Source: Euglena gracilis (lineage: Eukaryota). Taken from it: a stretch of DNA of 64,000 bases. The translations under genes and the position numbers were made by a program. The stretch spans positions 37,495,703 to 37,559,702 of the forward strand of contig CP154954.1 of assembly GCA_039621445.1 (NCBI GenBank), in the 5' to 3' direction. Positions 37,045-48,806 of this stretch are shown here, in pieces. Below the pieces are notes generated by a model. It was not told the origin of the DNA and did no database searches. It saw nothing but the letters and a program-made list of their open reading frames with translations. How positions within the stretch are numbered: position 1 is the stretch's first letter; every line of letters starts with the position of its first letter.

Positions 37045-37983
37045 AACCCTCCCCCCAAATAATACCCCCCCCCCTCGGGGTCTGACTTCGGCCGCCGAAA
37101 TAATACGCCCCCAAGGCTTTTGCTTAAGGAACCCCGGGGGGGGGGGGGGGGGTACTGGCTAGGCAATCGGCTAGACACTGGGAAAAAATGGACTAGCTAG
37201 ACCCCCTCCCCCGGGGGGGGGGGGGTCTGGGGGTCCCCCCAACTGGAAAATTTTTTTTCCTCCAGCACTGCGCGCCGAGGTAAAAATGAGGTTTTTAACA
37301 GGTTTTTGGCTGATTTTGTTCCAAAAATTCCCAAAAAATGGCCATTCTTGGGGGTCCCAAAAAAAATTCCGGCGCTTCGCGCCGGTCACTTGGAAAAAAA
37401 ATTTCCACTACCAATTTTCCACTACCATGCCCCCCCCCATATAAGACCCCCCCTCAGGAGCCAAAATTCAGGGGGGGGGTCTTATATGGGGGGGTGTCGG
37501 TCCCGGCCAAAGGGCCGGCCAGGGGGGGGGGGGTCTTATATGGGGGGGCATGGTAGCTAGCCCTGCTAGCAGACCCCCCCCGGGGGGGGTCTGCTAGAAA
37601 TCCCACTAGCCAAATTTGGACTAGCTGCAGTCCAGCCCCCCCCCCCCGGGGGGTACTGCAATCCCTTAAGCAGAAGCCTCCCCCCCCCCCCGGTGTCGGG
37701 ACGAAAGCCCGGATTTTTGACCTGAAAATGTAGGTAAAAATTACAGTTTCTGACAACAAATTACGAAAAAAAATTGATTTTTCTGGATCATCTGGCCTCC
37801 AAAAAATGCTAAATTTCATGAGAAAGTACAAAAAATGACCCCAAAGGGGGGTTTTGACGCTATTTTTGCTCCTACGGAACACCGAAAAAGTTCGAAAATT
37901 TTTTCGAAATTATACCCCCCCCCCTCGGGCCGGGACTTCGGGCGAACAAATAATACCCCGGGAGGGTATTATTTGGGGGGGTT
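37045..37983. mobile_element. TA-flanked MITE with nested insertions, including a TA-flanked CCATG-ended MITE at 37425-37553
   Basis: TA|AACCC..CCCAAATAATACC ... GGTATTATTTGGGGGGGTT|TA. Inner TIR CCATGCCCCCC..ATATAAGACCC. Related copies at ~27769-28172 and 41165-42878. Confidence 0.7.
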
Positions 37984-38215
37984 TACCACCGCCCTGCCAC
38001 CAGCACTATTTCTACAAACATAATACTAAAGATATAAACATTGGTGGTGGTGTTGTTGTTATTGTTGTTGATTATTCTTATTATAATTCACTTTGCGTTT
38101 ATTGTTTATTGATCATTTTGACATCAAATTGTTTCATTCGCCATGAGAAATTGATTTTGGGACCTTCAAAAAATTGATGATGAACTGCATTAAAGATACT
38201 TAGAGGGCTAGGCAC

Positions 38216-38336
38216 AAATCCGTAACCCTTGGATAAACCACGACTGAAATCCATTTCGACACGAATGGAGGCAATTGCTCCAAATTGAGCAAAAAGACGA
38301 TACATAGCAAGCTCATCCACATTGCTGGATAAAGAC
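38216..38336 (-). CDS. RRM protein exon 4 (RRM2, RNP1)
   Basis: SLSSNVDELAMYRLFAQFGAIASIRVEMDFSRGLSKGYGF; 3' boundary assumes the GT donor after TTT. Confidence 0.9.
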
Positions 38337-38683
38337 GGAACCAGGCTTCTTTTTAAGACCGTGTCCTGGTCCGTGAACCACAGCCCCTGGCACCCCCTTC
38401 TTTCAGGTAACCCTTGATCTTCGACACCGCATTGCAGCGTCGAAGAGTGGGCGGAGGTGAGGTGTGTCCGTTAAAAACAAAAAAAATGCTGACTCCGTGC
38501 AACTTTTGACTCACTTTTTACTCACCATTTCAGAGTCCTTTTACTATAAGCCATAGGTACGGCAGAAAGGTCCGAAAATCAGACCCTCCTGAATGTGTGC
38601 CAAAATCGGGTCGTTTCAGGAAGCGATTTCCTGCTTCATCACTCTCCTGATTTCACTGTTCTGAGTTAAATAGAAGCCCGAAC
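38337..38683 (-). other. Non-conventional (euglenid-type) intron, 347 nt, with MITE-derived ends
   Basis: Starts GTT-CGGGCTTCTATTTAA and ends TTAAAAAGAAGCCTG-GTTCC (no AG). Removal restores NLFVRSLSSN in frame. Confidence 0.85.
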
Positions 38684-38891
38684 CGAACAAATAAATTTGA
38701 GCCCTCCTCAGGGGCTTCGGCGCTCACCACAGGGATGTGAACTTGCTTGTTGCGCAATTGCATTGGAATTGTTGCATATGCAAAATCTTGATACGGATCC
38801 AAGGCTGGATGGGTGTAACTTCGCCCAAGTGGATGTTGTCCACCAAACACAGATGATGCCAGGGGATTATAGAACACCATGGGGGAGCAGG
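38684..38891 (-). CDS. RRM protein exon 3 (linker and RNP2 of RRM2)
   Basis: ...CSPMVFYNPLASSVFGG...EAPEEGSNLFVR; preceded by acceptor TGTTTTCCGCCAG; phases consistent with exons 2 and 4. Confidence 0.75.
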
Positions 38892-40931
38892 CTGGCGGAA
38901 AACACTGGCGATCCCTTCAACCCTACTCCACCCCCTCAGAAGCACGGACTTGAAAAAGAGGAAACTTAAAAGCAGAGCTGGTGTGAGGCAAAACAGTCTA
39001 CCCGTCAGAGGTTCTCAAGGACCCAGGGGGGGGGGGAGTCCCATGGGCCGGCTGAAAAAAAGGTGCTGTCTGGACCCCCCCCCTCCTTCGGAACCCCCTG
39101 AAGCAGGGCAGAACGGGCGCCTGGTGGGGGGGGTCCGACCCTCCCCCACCCGGGTGGGGGGAGGGTCAGACCCTCCCCACCACCATAGCGTTTTCACCAA
39201 TTTTGGGAAAACGGGGATTTTGGCCGGGGAAATTTTTTGAAAAATGAAAATGATTTTTTTTGATGGAAACCCACATTTTTTTCACAAAAAAACTCGAAAA
39301 TTTCAGGTTTAAAAATTTTACAAGAGAAGTGTGGGAAAAAAAAACGAAAGTCAAAAAAAAATTGGTCAAAAAATTTGGCACACTCGAATTTTACTGATTT
39401 TTTTTCTTGGAAATTTTTGGATTTTCAATGGCATTTTTTTTGCTTCAAAAACCTCTCAAAATCAAATTTTGAGAAAATGTTGAAATTTTGGAAGGTGTGA
39501 AAAAATGGGGGTTTGGGGGTTTTGTAACCTGCGACTGAGGGGTGGTCGTAAATGAGGGGTGGTTGAAAGACAAAGGGGGGGGGCAGGTGATGTGAGGGAT
39601 CAGAGAGAAAGGACCAAAACAATTTCAGTACCCAAGGCGGTTTTGAACCATTGGTCAAAATTTATCCCCAAAACAACAATTCTATCATAAATACTCAGTC
39701 GATGCCGGGGGGGGGGGGGGGTTGCAGTCCTGCTGGAAACTGGAAGCTGCTGGCAAGGGGTAATCAATACTTGGCGTTCATAAATGGGGGCCATTCTGGC
39801 TTCAGGAATCCCCTGGAAGGCATGTAGAATTGTGGGTTTGCGTCGCGAAAATTTCTCTTCTTTGAAATAAACAGCATCCCCACGAATGCAAGCGTTGAAA
39901 AAATGAATGCAAAAAAAAACTGATGTCCTTCCTGCGATCATTCAATTTGGCCAAACGACGCCCCCGTGACGCCTGCAACTGAGGGGGAAAAGGGGAAAAT
40001 GCCTGCAACTGAGGGGGCCCCCAGGATTTTCTTGAGGCCCGGGGGGTCCTGTGGGAGGGCTGCTGGAAGAAAGCTGCTGGCTGGGCCGGCTGGCTGGGAG
40101 CTGGACTCAGCAGGTATCCAAAAAGTGCCCAAAAACACCCAAATCCAGCTGGGTTGGCATTACTCAGCCAAATTTTGAGGTGAAGACCCAAAAAACCACC
40201 CAAAAATGAAATTCTGGGCCATTTTTGACCTGTTTCCAAAATTTTTGGTTGTTTGTGCCGAAATTATTTTCAATAAAGCCTGGTTTTGGAAGGAGGGGAC
40301 CCCTGCCTGCCCCAATGTGTTCGACCCACAATCTTGGAAGGCACATTTGAATGGGAGAAGACGGTGGATGGGCAGGGTATAAAATGAGATGGGGAGGAGG
40401 GGGTTCTGGAACCCTCCCCCAGAGGGGGTGAGTCAGCCCCCTCCCAGAGCAAAAAAAATTCAGCACAAAATGCCAGAAAATCTTTGGGCCTTGAAAAAAG
40501 CCCAAAGGTGAGTGGCTTGGGTGGACCAAAAAAAGGCAACAACCAAAACAGTATTTGATTGCTGTTATAATCGTGGTGAACAGCAGCATTATGGAGTCAA
40601 AAAGAATGCTTTTAAATGAATTTTCCCAAATACTCAACGGCAATGTTTTTGAAAAATTGTGATTGTTCAAAAGGAAAAAGTGCCAACCTTCGTATTGGCT
40701 TCTGTTTCATGGCTGGTGGCCTTGGTCAGTGGATGTTTCTTTTTAAAAAAAAATTGAACTGCAAGCAATCAGAAGGGGCACAGGGCAACCAGCAAGGCAA
40801 GACAACGATGAATGTGCGGGGGGGGGGGGGAAGGGAGAGCAGGAGGGAGATGAAAAAGGTGGGGCAGGATACAGAAGCATGTCCCCATTTTGAAAACCAT
40901 CAAATGAAATCTGACAAAGAGAAACACTCGC

Positions 40932-41090
40932 AAGATTGTGAGTTGTCGTGTGCCTGCTGCTTTCGCAGCTTGGATCGAGGATTGTCAGCTGGCTTCAATT
41001 CCAAAGGTTTATCATGCCCCTCAATGTATGTGCCATTCAATGCTTTGATGCAATTATCAGCATCCTCAGCCGCTGTGAATTCAATGAGTC
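40932..41090 (-). CDS. RRM protein exon 2 (second half of RRM1)
   Basis: (G)LIEFTAAEDADNCIKALNGTYIEGHDKPLELKPADNPRSKLRK...; the 3' end assumes a GC donor (T|GCGAGT), which keeps frame with exon 3. Confidence 0.85.
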
Positions 41091-41164
41091 CATATCACAC
41101 CATTGTCCCCAACATGGGTGGATGGAGTGGAGGTAGACTCCAAAATGTCTTCCTATGCGAACTA

Positions 41165-42878
41165 AACCCCCCCAAATAATACCCCCCCCCCCGGGGGATT
41201 ATTTGATTTTCGCCCGAAGTCCCGGCCCGAGGGGGGGGGCTCCCGGATCTGGCCTGGGGGGGGGGGTTGTGAGGATCGACCATGGTCGGCCCACGGTTGC
41301 CCTCAGTCGCCCTCGGTCGTGGGGGGTCGACGGAGAAGGTTGTGGGGGTCGACCGAGGGGGTCGACCCCCACCCCACAGACGGACCCCCCCTTTTTTGCA
41401 AGGTTGGTCGCCCTCGGTCGACCCACACAGCACCGTCCATGCTGACCGTCCATGTTCGTGGGCCCCAAGACAAACAAAAATTTTTCAATCCATTTTGGGA
41501 GGCAAATCCCCTTTGTTGCCCAACTGTTTGAGGGCCCCAAATCCCTTATGTTACCCACCCGTTTTCCGGGGCAAATCCCTTTTTGTTGCTCAACTGTCCG
41601 AGGGCCCCAAAATAACAAAATCCCTTATGTTAGCCACCTGATGGGTGGGTAACACAAGGGGATTTGTTATTTTGGGGCCCTCAGACAGTTGAGCAACAAA
41701 GGGGATTTGCCCCCCAAAACTTGAGGGTAACACAAGGGGATTTGTTATTTCGGGGCCCTCGAACAGTTGAGCAATAAAGGGTATTTGCCCCCCAAAATGG
41801 GTGGGTAACACAAGGGATTTGCTCCTCAAAACGGGTGGGGAACACAGGGGCAAATTCCCCTTGTTGCTCAACTGTTCAAGGGCCCCAAAATAACAAAATC
41901 CCTTGTGTTACCCACCATACATCTCTTCAAGGACCCCGGGGGGGTGCTGGGCTAGGGCTAGGCTGGCTAGAAATTTGGGCTGGCTAGCCCGCCCCCCCCC
42001 CGGGGGGGGGGGGGGGGGCTGGGCCCCGGCTGGACCCGAACCGGGGCGAGCTGGACTGAAATCGGAAAAATGCCCAAAAATGACCTGCAGAACACAGTTT
42101 TGAAAAAATGATGCATCTGAAACCCCCCAAAATGCCCCAAACGCCCCCCAAACCCCATTTTTGGCCACTTTTGAACACAGTTTTTCAAAAAATTTCGGCG
42201 CTTTGCGGCGAAAAATTTTGGGCTGGACCCCAAAAAAAGGGGCTGGCTAGCTGCTGGGCTAGCAGCACCCCGCCCCGGGGGGGGTGCTGCTGCGGCTGGG
42301 CTGGGCCCAAATCGGGGCTGGCTGCAGCCGCCCCCCCCGGGGGGGGTTCGCAAAACCTTAGAGAGATGTATGTTACCCACCCCCTTTGTGGGGGTCGACC
42401 GAGGGCGACCGACCTTGGAAAGGGGGGGGGGGTCCGGCTGTGGGGTGGGGGTCGACCATGGTCGCCCTCGGTCGACCCCCACAACCGCAGCTCGGTCGCC
42501 CTCGGTCCCCCCCACGACCGAGGCGACTGTGGGCCGACCATGGTCGACCCCCACAACCCCCCCAGGCCAAATCTACCCCCCCGAGGGGGGGTATTATTTG
42601 GGAGGGGTATTATTTCCCAAAAATTTTCAAAATTTTTTCAAGTCCCCCAAAACCCAAAATAGCACCCAAAACCCCCTTTGGGGTCATTTTTTGTCCTTTC
42701 TCAAAAAATTTAGCATTTTTGGAGGGCAGATGATCGCAATTTGTTGTCAGAGATTGTGATTTTTACCCAAATTTTCAGTCAAATTCCGGGTCGTCGGCCC
42801 AAGATTTGGGGGGGGGGGTATTAATTCGGTGGCCGAAGTCGGACCCCGAGGGGGGGGGTATTATTTGGGGGGAGGGTT
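41165..42878. mobile_element. TA-flanked MITE expanded by nested insertions
   Basis: TA|AACCCCCCCAAATAATACC ... GGTATTATTTGGGGGGAGGGTT|TA; internal GGTCGACC-rich and CAACTGTT/AACAGTTG-rich repeats. Confidence 0.65.
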
Positions 42879-45800
42879 TAATCTACCCCCCCCAAATACA
42901 ATCCTGGGATTCTGGGGTCTGATTTTTGGGAAGAGTGCACTTTTTGGATTTTTTTTGTTGAAAATTTTGGATTACAGCTTTGGCCTGATGCCAGCAATTT
43001 GGCCCGCAGTGTGCCAGAATTCTGGCCACTTCCACCATGAATAAATGAAACCAACACATCCCCTCGCAATTGGAAAAAAGGGGGGGAAATGCCGAAAATT
43101 TTGTTTAGTCTTGGCCTTTCCATCAAATTTTGGAGGTCTCATGATATTGTTTGGATCCGGGTTGTGGGGGGGGTCACGGGGATGAAAAACCCCATCCTAT
43201 TAACCATTTTTTTTTGGAAAAAATGCGATTGTTTCGTTGTTTTGATTTTTGTGAATATTGTTTTTTGGTGCTTTTAAGATTCAGTTTTCGAGTTTTGGGA
43301 ATTTTCAGCAGGGGCTCTAGGCGGTAGACTCCTCCACCCCCACCCGAGCCCAGATAACAAAATCCCTTCTATGTTGGCAACATACTCGGGGGCTAAGTCG
43401 TTTTTGTGGCTCACTTTGGCATAGGCGGGGGGGGGGGCTCTGCCCCCCCCGCACCCCCCCTCAAATAACAAAATCCCTTCTATGTTGGCAATATACTTGG
43501 AGGGCTAAGTCCTTTTTGTGCAAATTTTGACTTATATATTGAAAATCCAACGGGGAGAAGTGTTCTTTTCCCAAAAATGGCCCAAAATGGACATTTTGCC
43601 CCCAGTTTTTTGCTTATTCACCCCCGATTGGGGGTTCTGGAGCCATTTGGGTGGGTTTTGACTGGTTTTGGGGTGATTTGGACAAAAGTTTTTTCTCAGG
43701 GGGGGGGCTTAAAAGTCGGCGAGACTGGCCCGTAACTACATTAGAGTGGGTGACTAGTCGGCCTACCACCCAGGACCCCCCCCCCTGTCTCGCCGACTAG
43801 CTGCCGACCAGGCCTAGTCGGCCGACCAATTGGGTGGTCGGCCGACCACCCAGGACCCCCCCCCAGTCTACCGTTTGCCACTGCAGTTTGGACAAACTTT
43901 TGGTCGAAAAACACAATTTTTTTTGCCACGGGATGGTAACTGGCAGTTTTTTGGGGGGGAAAATGTTTGCAGTTGATTTTGTCGGACGGGGTGGGGTCCA
44001 GTCCGAACCCCCCCCCCACAGAGTCCGGCCAGCCTGCTGGACCCGGCGGGCGCCTCCACACAGAATAAGAGAGTCTTCGTATTTAGGCCGGCGGGGCGTC
44101 TTTGAAGAGGTATTATTTTCTATTGAAAGCTCCCAGACAATTGATGTTCTATAATCATGTTCCATTAAATGAAATATGTTCTATCATTTTCTTTCTGTTG
44201 AGCTCATCATGTCGGCCGTCCCTCTTCATGGAGTCCAACATATATCACAGCTGGTGGCAGACAATATCTATACAAAAATCGACTGCCACTAATGGCGCCG
44301 GGCAGCCTGGCGCCTTTGACACCTTGGGCTGCCCGGCGCCCCTGCTAAAATTGTTACTTAGTGCAGTCGATTGTTCTAAAACCTATTTCGCAGGGCCCGC
44401 ACGCCTGTCTTGAGCAACCTTTAACAATTAGAAACCTATTTCAAAAATTCCCCAAAATTGGCCAAATGGAAATTGTTGCACAAAATACCCCAATATCTGG
44501 CCAAATACCCCCCAAAAACTGCTCAGATGTGATTGACACGTGTCTACTAACCATTTTGAACACTTTTGGGCATTTCTGATTTTCGATCCCCTAGACGCCA
44601 TCTTCCCGCCCGAACCGGCGTTCTGGACGCCGGTTCGGCGCAAAAATTTCTGCGCCGAACCGGCGTCCAGAACGCCGGTTCGGGCGTGAAGCCAGAGCCC
44701 CAATACGAATACCATGAAGCACAGCTGGAATCTAAGGCCATCTGCTGAAAGCCCTTGAGAACTGCTTTCGATCTGCGGGCCAGGAGGGGGAGGGTGGGGG
44801 GGACACCCCCCCCCCCCCACCTAAACAGTTGCGCGGTCTGGGTGATCGAAAATTTTTGACCCCCCAAAACGACCAAAGGGCCAAAACGACCAAACGTGTT
44901 CAGCCAGGGGGCCCCCGAAGGGGGCCCCCTGAAGACGTTTTCAGGCTGAAATCTGGGCTCAGCCACAACTTGTTTGAAAACGTGCCTAACCACAGATGCC
45001 TTAATGGAAAACGTGTCATTGCCACAGATGCCCTCATTGAAAACGTGTCACCCCCCCCTTTTTCCGCAGCCTTCCCACTATGGCTAAACGCACGGCTAAC
45101 TTTGTGCCTTTTGCCACCTCCCCCTAGGACGGAACTGTTGCTGGCTGCTCTCGCGGTATACCAGCAAGATGCCAAGAAGCCGAAGGTTGACCCCCTTCAT
45201 GGCACCTTGCTGGCACAGGGCAACACAAAGAAAAAGTCCGGCTCCGTGGGAGCAGAGCTTGCTGCTGTTGCCAACTGTTTGGAGTTCGCCAAACTGTGTC
45301 AACATCGGCAAGCCTCTTATCCTGAGCTGCATGCTTTCTTTGTTGCTTGGACGGGATGGGAGCATGCTTGTGCTTACCAACCGGGGGGGGAGGGGGGGGT
45401 GGGTGCTATAGGGTGCCTGCCCCTAGCAGGCACACCCCCCCCGGGGGGGGATAGGGGTCCGGGCCGGACCCAGAAAATTTTCATTGAAAATGGCCCTTTC
45501 CCGGCCCCCGGCGCCTTTGGCGCCGGGGTCGGAGGGGGGTGCCTGCTAGGGGCAGGCACCCCCCAAAACCCTACCCCCCCGGGGGGGGGGGGCGGATCGG
45601 GTGCTATGGGGTGCCTGCCCCTAGCACCCCCCCCCGTGGGGTAGGCACCCGACTAAGCGCAAGCCTGGAGGGGAGCTGGAACCCAGCCTGTTGTTCGATG
45701 AGGCGAGCGTCATTGAACAATGTGTGGCTCAACGTGAGCAGCAGTCGGGAACTTTGTTCGTTTCAGGGAATCGTTCGGCAACCTCTTTTCTTCTTTGCCA

Positions 45801-45976
45801 TTCCCAAAAATCCAAATTGTGTGGAGCTGAAAAAAGTTGTGTGTGACGCCTGGGGTTTGGCATATCATTTTCATTGCCAAGATTTGCGGCGGCCACCAAA
45901 GTATGGCTCTTTTTTGTGTAAAGTGTGACGTGTTTCGTGATGTCCGCCACTCCGTGTCATTGTGCTCCAAGGCAAC

Positions 45977-46213
45977 CAGGCTTCTTTTTAAGACCCCCGG
46001 GGGGGTCCCCCCCCCACCCACCCAGGGTGGCGCGGGACCCCCCCGGGGGGGGGGGGGCGGGACCCCCCCCCCAAAATCGGGCCCGTAAAAGGCAATTTCC
46101 AAAAATTTTCGGCGCTTCGCGCCGAAAAGGTATACCCAGCGCCTCCGGCGCGGGACCCACCCACCCACCCCCCCTCCCCCGGGGGGGGGTCTGCTGACTT
46201 AAAAAGAAGCCTG
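45977..46213. mobile_element. Young CAG-ended MITE with 8-bp TSD; TIR matches the ends of intron 38337-38683
   Basis: Perfect 16-bp TIR CAGGCTTCTTTTTAAG/CTTAAAAAGAAGCCTG; perfect TSD AAGGCAAC (45969-45976, 46214-46221). Confidence 0.95.
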
Positions 46214-46339
46214 AAGGCAACCTAGCCTTCTGTTGTGTTGTAGAGTGCCCCCGACCCGCCTCACTCGTTGAGGACCACCCGACCTCGCAACCACCCGCTG
46301 ATTTTTCATGACAGCGTTTTTTGCTTTTTACTCAGGGTT

Positions 46340-46492
46340 GCCCCAGATGCCCTAATGGAAAACGTGCCTGAACACAGATGCCTTAATCGAAAACGTGTCA
46401 TTGCCACAGATGCCCTCATTGAAAACGTGCCTAACCACAGATGCCTTAATTGAAAACGTGTCATTGCCACAGATGCCCTCATTGAAAACGTG
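46340..46492. repeat. Short tandem repeat of GAAAACGTG...CACAGATGCC units (also at 44976-45048)
   Basis: Alternating ~31-32-bp subunits, directly visible. Confidence 0.8.
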
Positions 46493-48640
46493 TTCATGAC
46501 CACGAATTTCAGGGCAGGCATTTGGCGGGCTTAACACGTTTTTAACACTGTGTCCAGAACGCCGGTTCGGGCGTGAAGCTGTGTTTCAGAACGCTGGTTT
46601 GGGCTGCCGCCCGAACCGGCGTTCTGGACACAGTTTTCGTATCAGAAACCCATACAGTGGTTTTTTTGTTGTTTTCACGGCGCCCCTCTGAAAACCATTT
46701 AAACCGGCGTTTGAGACGCCGGGTTCAGGACAGAACCGGCGTCCCCCCCCCCCATGGGTTTTCCGGACGCCGGACAGAACCGGCGTCCGCCACCCCTTTT
46801 TTGTAGTATATACAAACGGGCGCCTGTCTTGAAAACCGTTCGACCTTTTGTGAAATCTCTTATTTGCCTCATCATCCTTCTTTAAAGCTGTGAAGTGTGC
46901 AATGTTCGGTGGCACTGTGTGTGGATCTCCGACATCCACCCAGCTTTGGGTGGATGTGCGAGGGCTGTCGCAGCGCTATGTAGTTGTTCAGTTTCCGTTG
47001 TGATCCTGGTTGTGATTGTGCCCTGGTGATTTTTGTCTTTTGTCTGTACGTTTCTGTCGTTAACCCTATTTCAGCTCTTGTTGAGCTCTGGGGCACCAGT
47101 CCCCACACATTCTTTTGTGCCTTCAATTGTGGGTTCACTAGGGTGGTGACATTCGTGAAAAGTGGTCGGAAAGAAAAGTAAAAGATCGTGAAATCTCATG
47201 AAATTTCAGGGGCCGGAAATTTCAGTCACGACCCTAGGATTCACAGATCCTTTTGTGGCTTCAATCAGTTACCAGCTGCCTACATCCCACGGGCGCCTGT
47301 CTTGAAAACCGTTTCATACAAACGGGCGCTTGGTCTTGCAAAGCCGCCCAGAACGCCGCCCGCCACTGCGGGCCGCCGGCCTGCCTGCCTCCTCAATATG
47401 CTCCCATCCCACGTGGAAAGTGGAAAGTGCCAATAGTTAGAAGCCAGCACCTTTCTTCCAGCTGGGAGTCATGGTGGTGCAAACGCAAATTGGTGCCAAA
47501 TGTTTTTTTGGTATTTATCATGTTTCCAGCTAGCCTGGCACTTCCCGTTTTTAAGACCTGGATCGGAGAAAGCAGTTCTTTGCTTGATGGTGAAGCAACA
47601 AAAAACATATTGGCAGGAAATCTGTTGTTTGGGCGACATCCTGTCATGGAAGCTCCACTCAGGGGTTTTTTTTTTAGCACCTTTTCATATTTTTCGGTGC
47701 CTTCAGCACCGAAAAATATGTTCCCACCAGCCCTTACACCCACCGCCCCCCCCCCCCCGGGGGGGGAGGGGTCCAAGGGACCCACCCACCCTACCCCCCT
47801 GGGGGGGGTAGGGGGGCAAGACTAATTTTTAGCATTTTTGGACATTTTCGGGCAAAAGTGGGTCCCCCCGGGGGGGGGGACACCCCAGGGGGGGGTGGAT
47901 GCCGACCCCCTCCCCCCCCGGTCTTAAAAAATCCCTGGTTTCAGTGCCAAATTTTCTTTTTGTTGCAAATTTTCTGCCATTTTGCCACTTTCTGCCCACT
48001 TGAACGTTTTTGTGAAAATCAGGGGGGGTGATCATGATGATGATGATGGCGACGACAAATATTATTCTTATTATTGTTATTATCATTATTGTTATTCTCA
48101 AAAAATGAGGGAATTTTTTGTTGAACCCCGGAAAGGTTTGGAGCAGGATTCTTTAAGTGAACGTCTTTTTTGGCCCCCCAAAAGCCCCCCCCCCGGACCT
48201 CCTCTTCCTTCCCTTTTTGGGGGTGGGTGCAGGGCTACCCCCTCCCTCTTAAAAAAAGAACTCTTCCCTTCTTTCCGGCTTTATCCCAAAGTGCCTTGCA
48301 TTCACCTCCCCCCCCCCCGTCTCACAGTTCCGTGGCTGCTGGTGGTGGCTGGTCCCCCTCCTCACCGCCATCGGCGCCGCCAGCTGGACACGCAGGGCGG
48401 CGCTGTGAAAATGGTCAGTTCGGGGGTGGCCAGGCGATTTCCCTTCGGGAATGCACCCCCCAAACTGGGCGATGAGGATTTTCTCACAAAAGAAATCCAC
48501 CCCAACCCTGGTTGGTGAACATGTGGTGACCCCAAACGCATTTCTCAGTGCAAAGTGGCAAATCTTCTCTGCCGTGTTTGTCCTCCCTGACAGGTAGTTG
48601 CAGATCCCTAACAGACCCATTTTGGGGTTTTGGCCAGAAG

Positions 48641-48806
48641 CAGGGGTTTTTTTTAATCTTGGACCCCCCGGGGAGGGGGTAGGTGGCCCCCAGGGGAATA
48701 TTTTTGAAAAGGTGCTATTTTCAGCATTTTTGCGATTTTTAGCCATTTTTGGGGAAAAGTGAGTGGGTCCCCTGGGACCTCCCCGGTCTTTTAAAAAAAA
48801 CCCCTG
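48641..48806. mobile_element. CAG-ended MITE with 8-bp TSD
   Basis: CAGGGGTTTTTTTTAA/TTAAAAAAAACCCCTG; perfect TSD GCCAGAAG. Confidence 0.92.

Noticed and set aside
47660-47937. CAG-ended MITE as a further TSD-supported copy
   Set aside because: The TIRs fit the family but the flanks match only 5/8, so it was not counted as TSD evidence.
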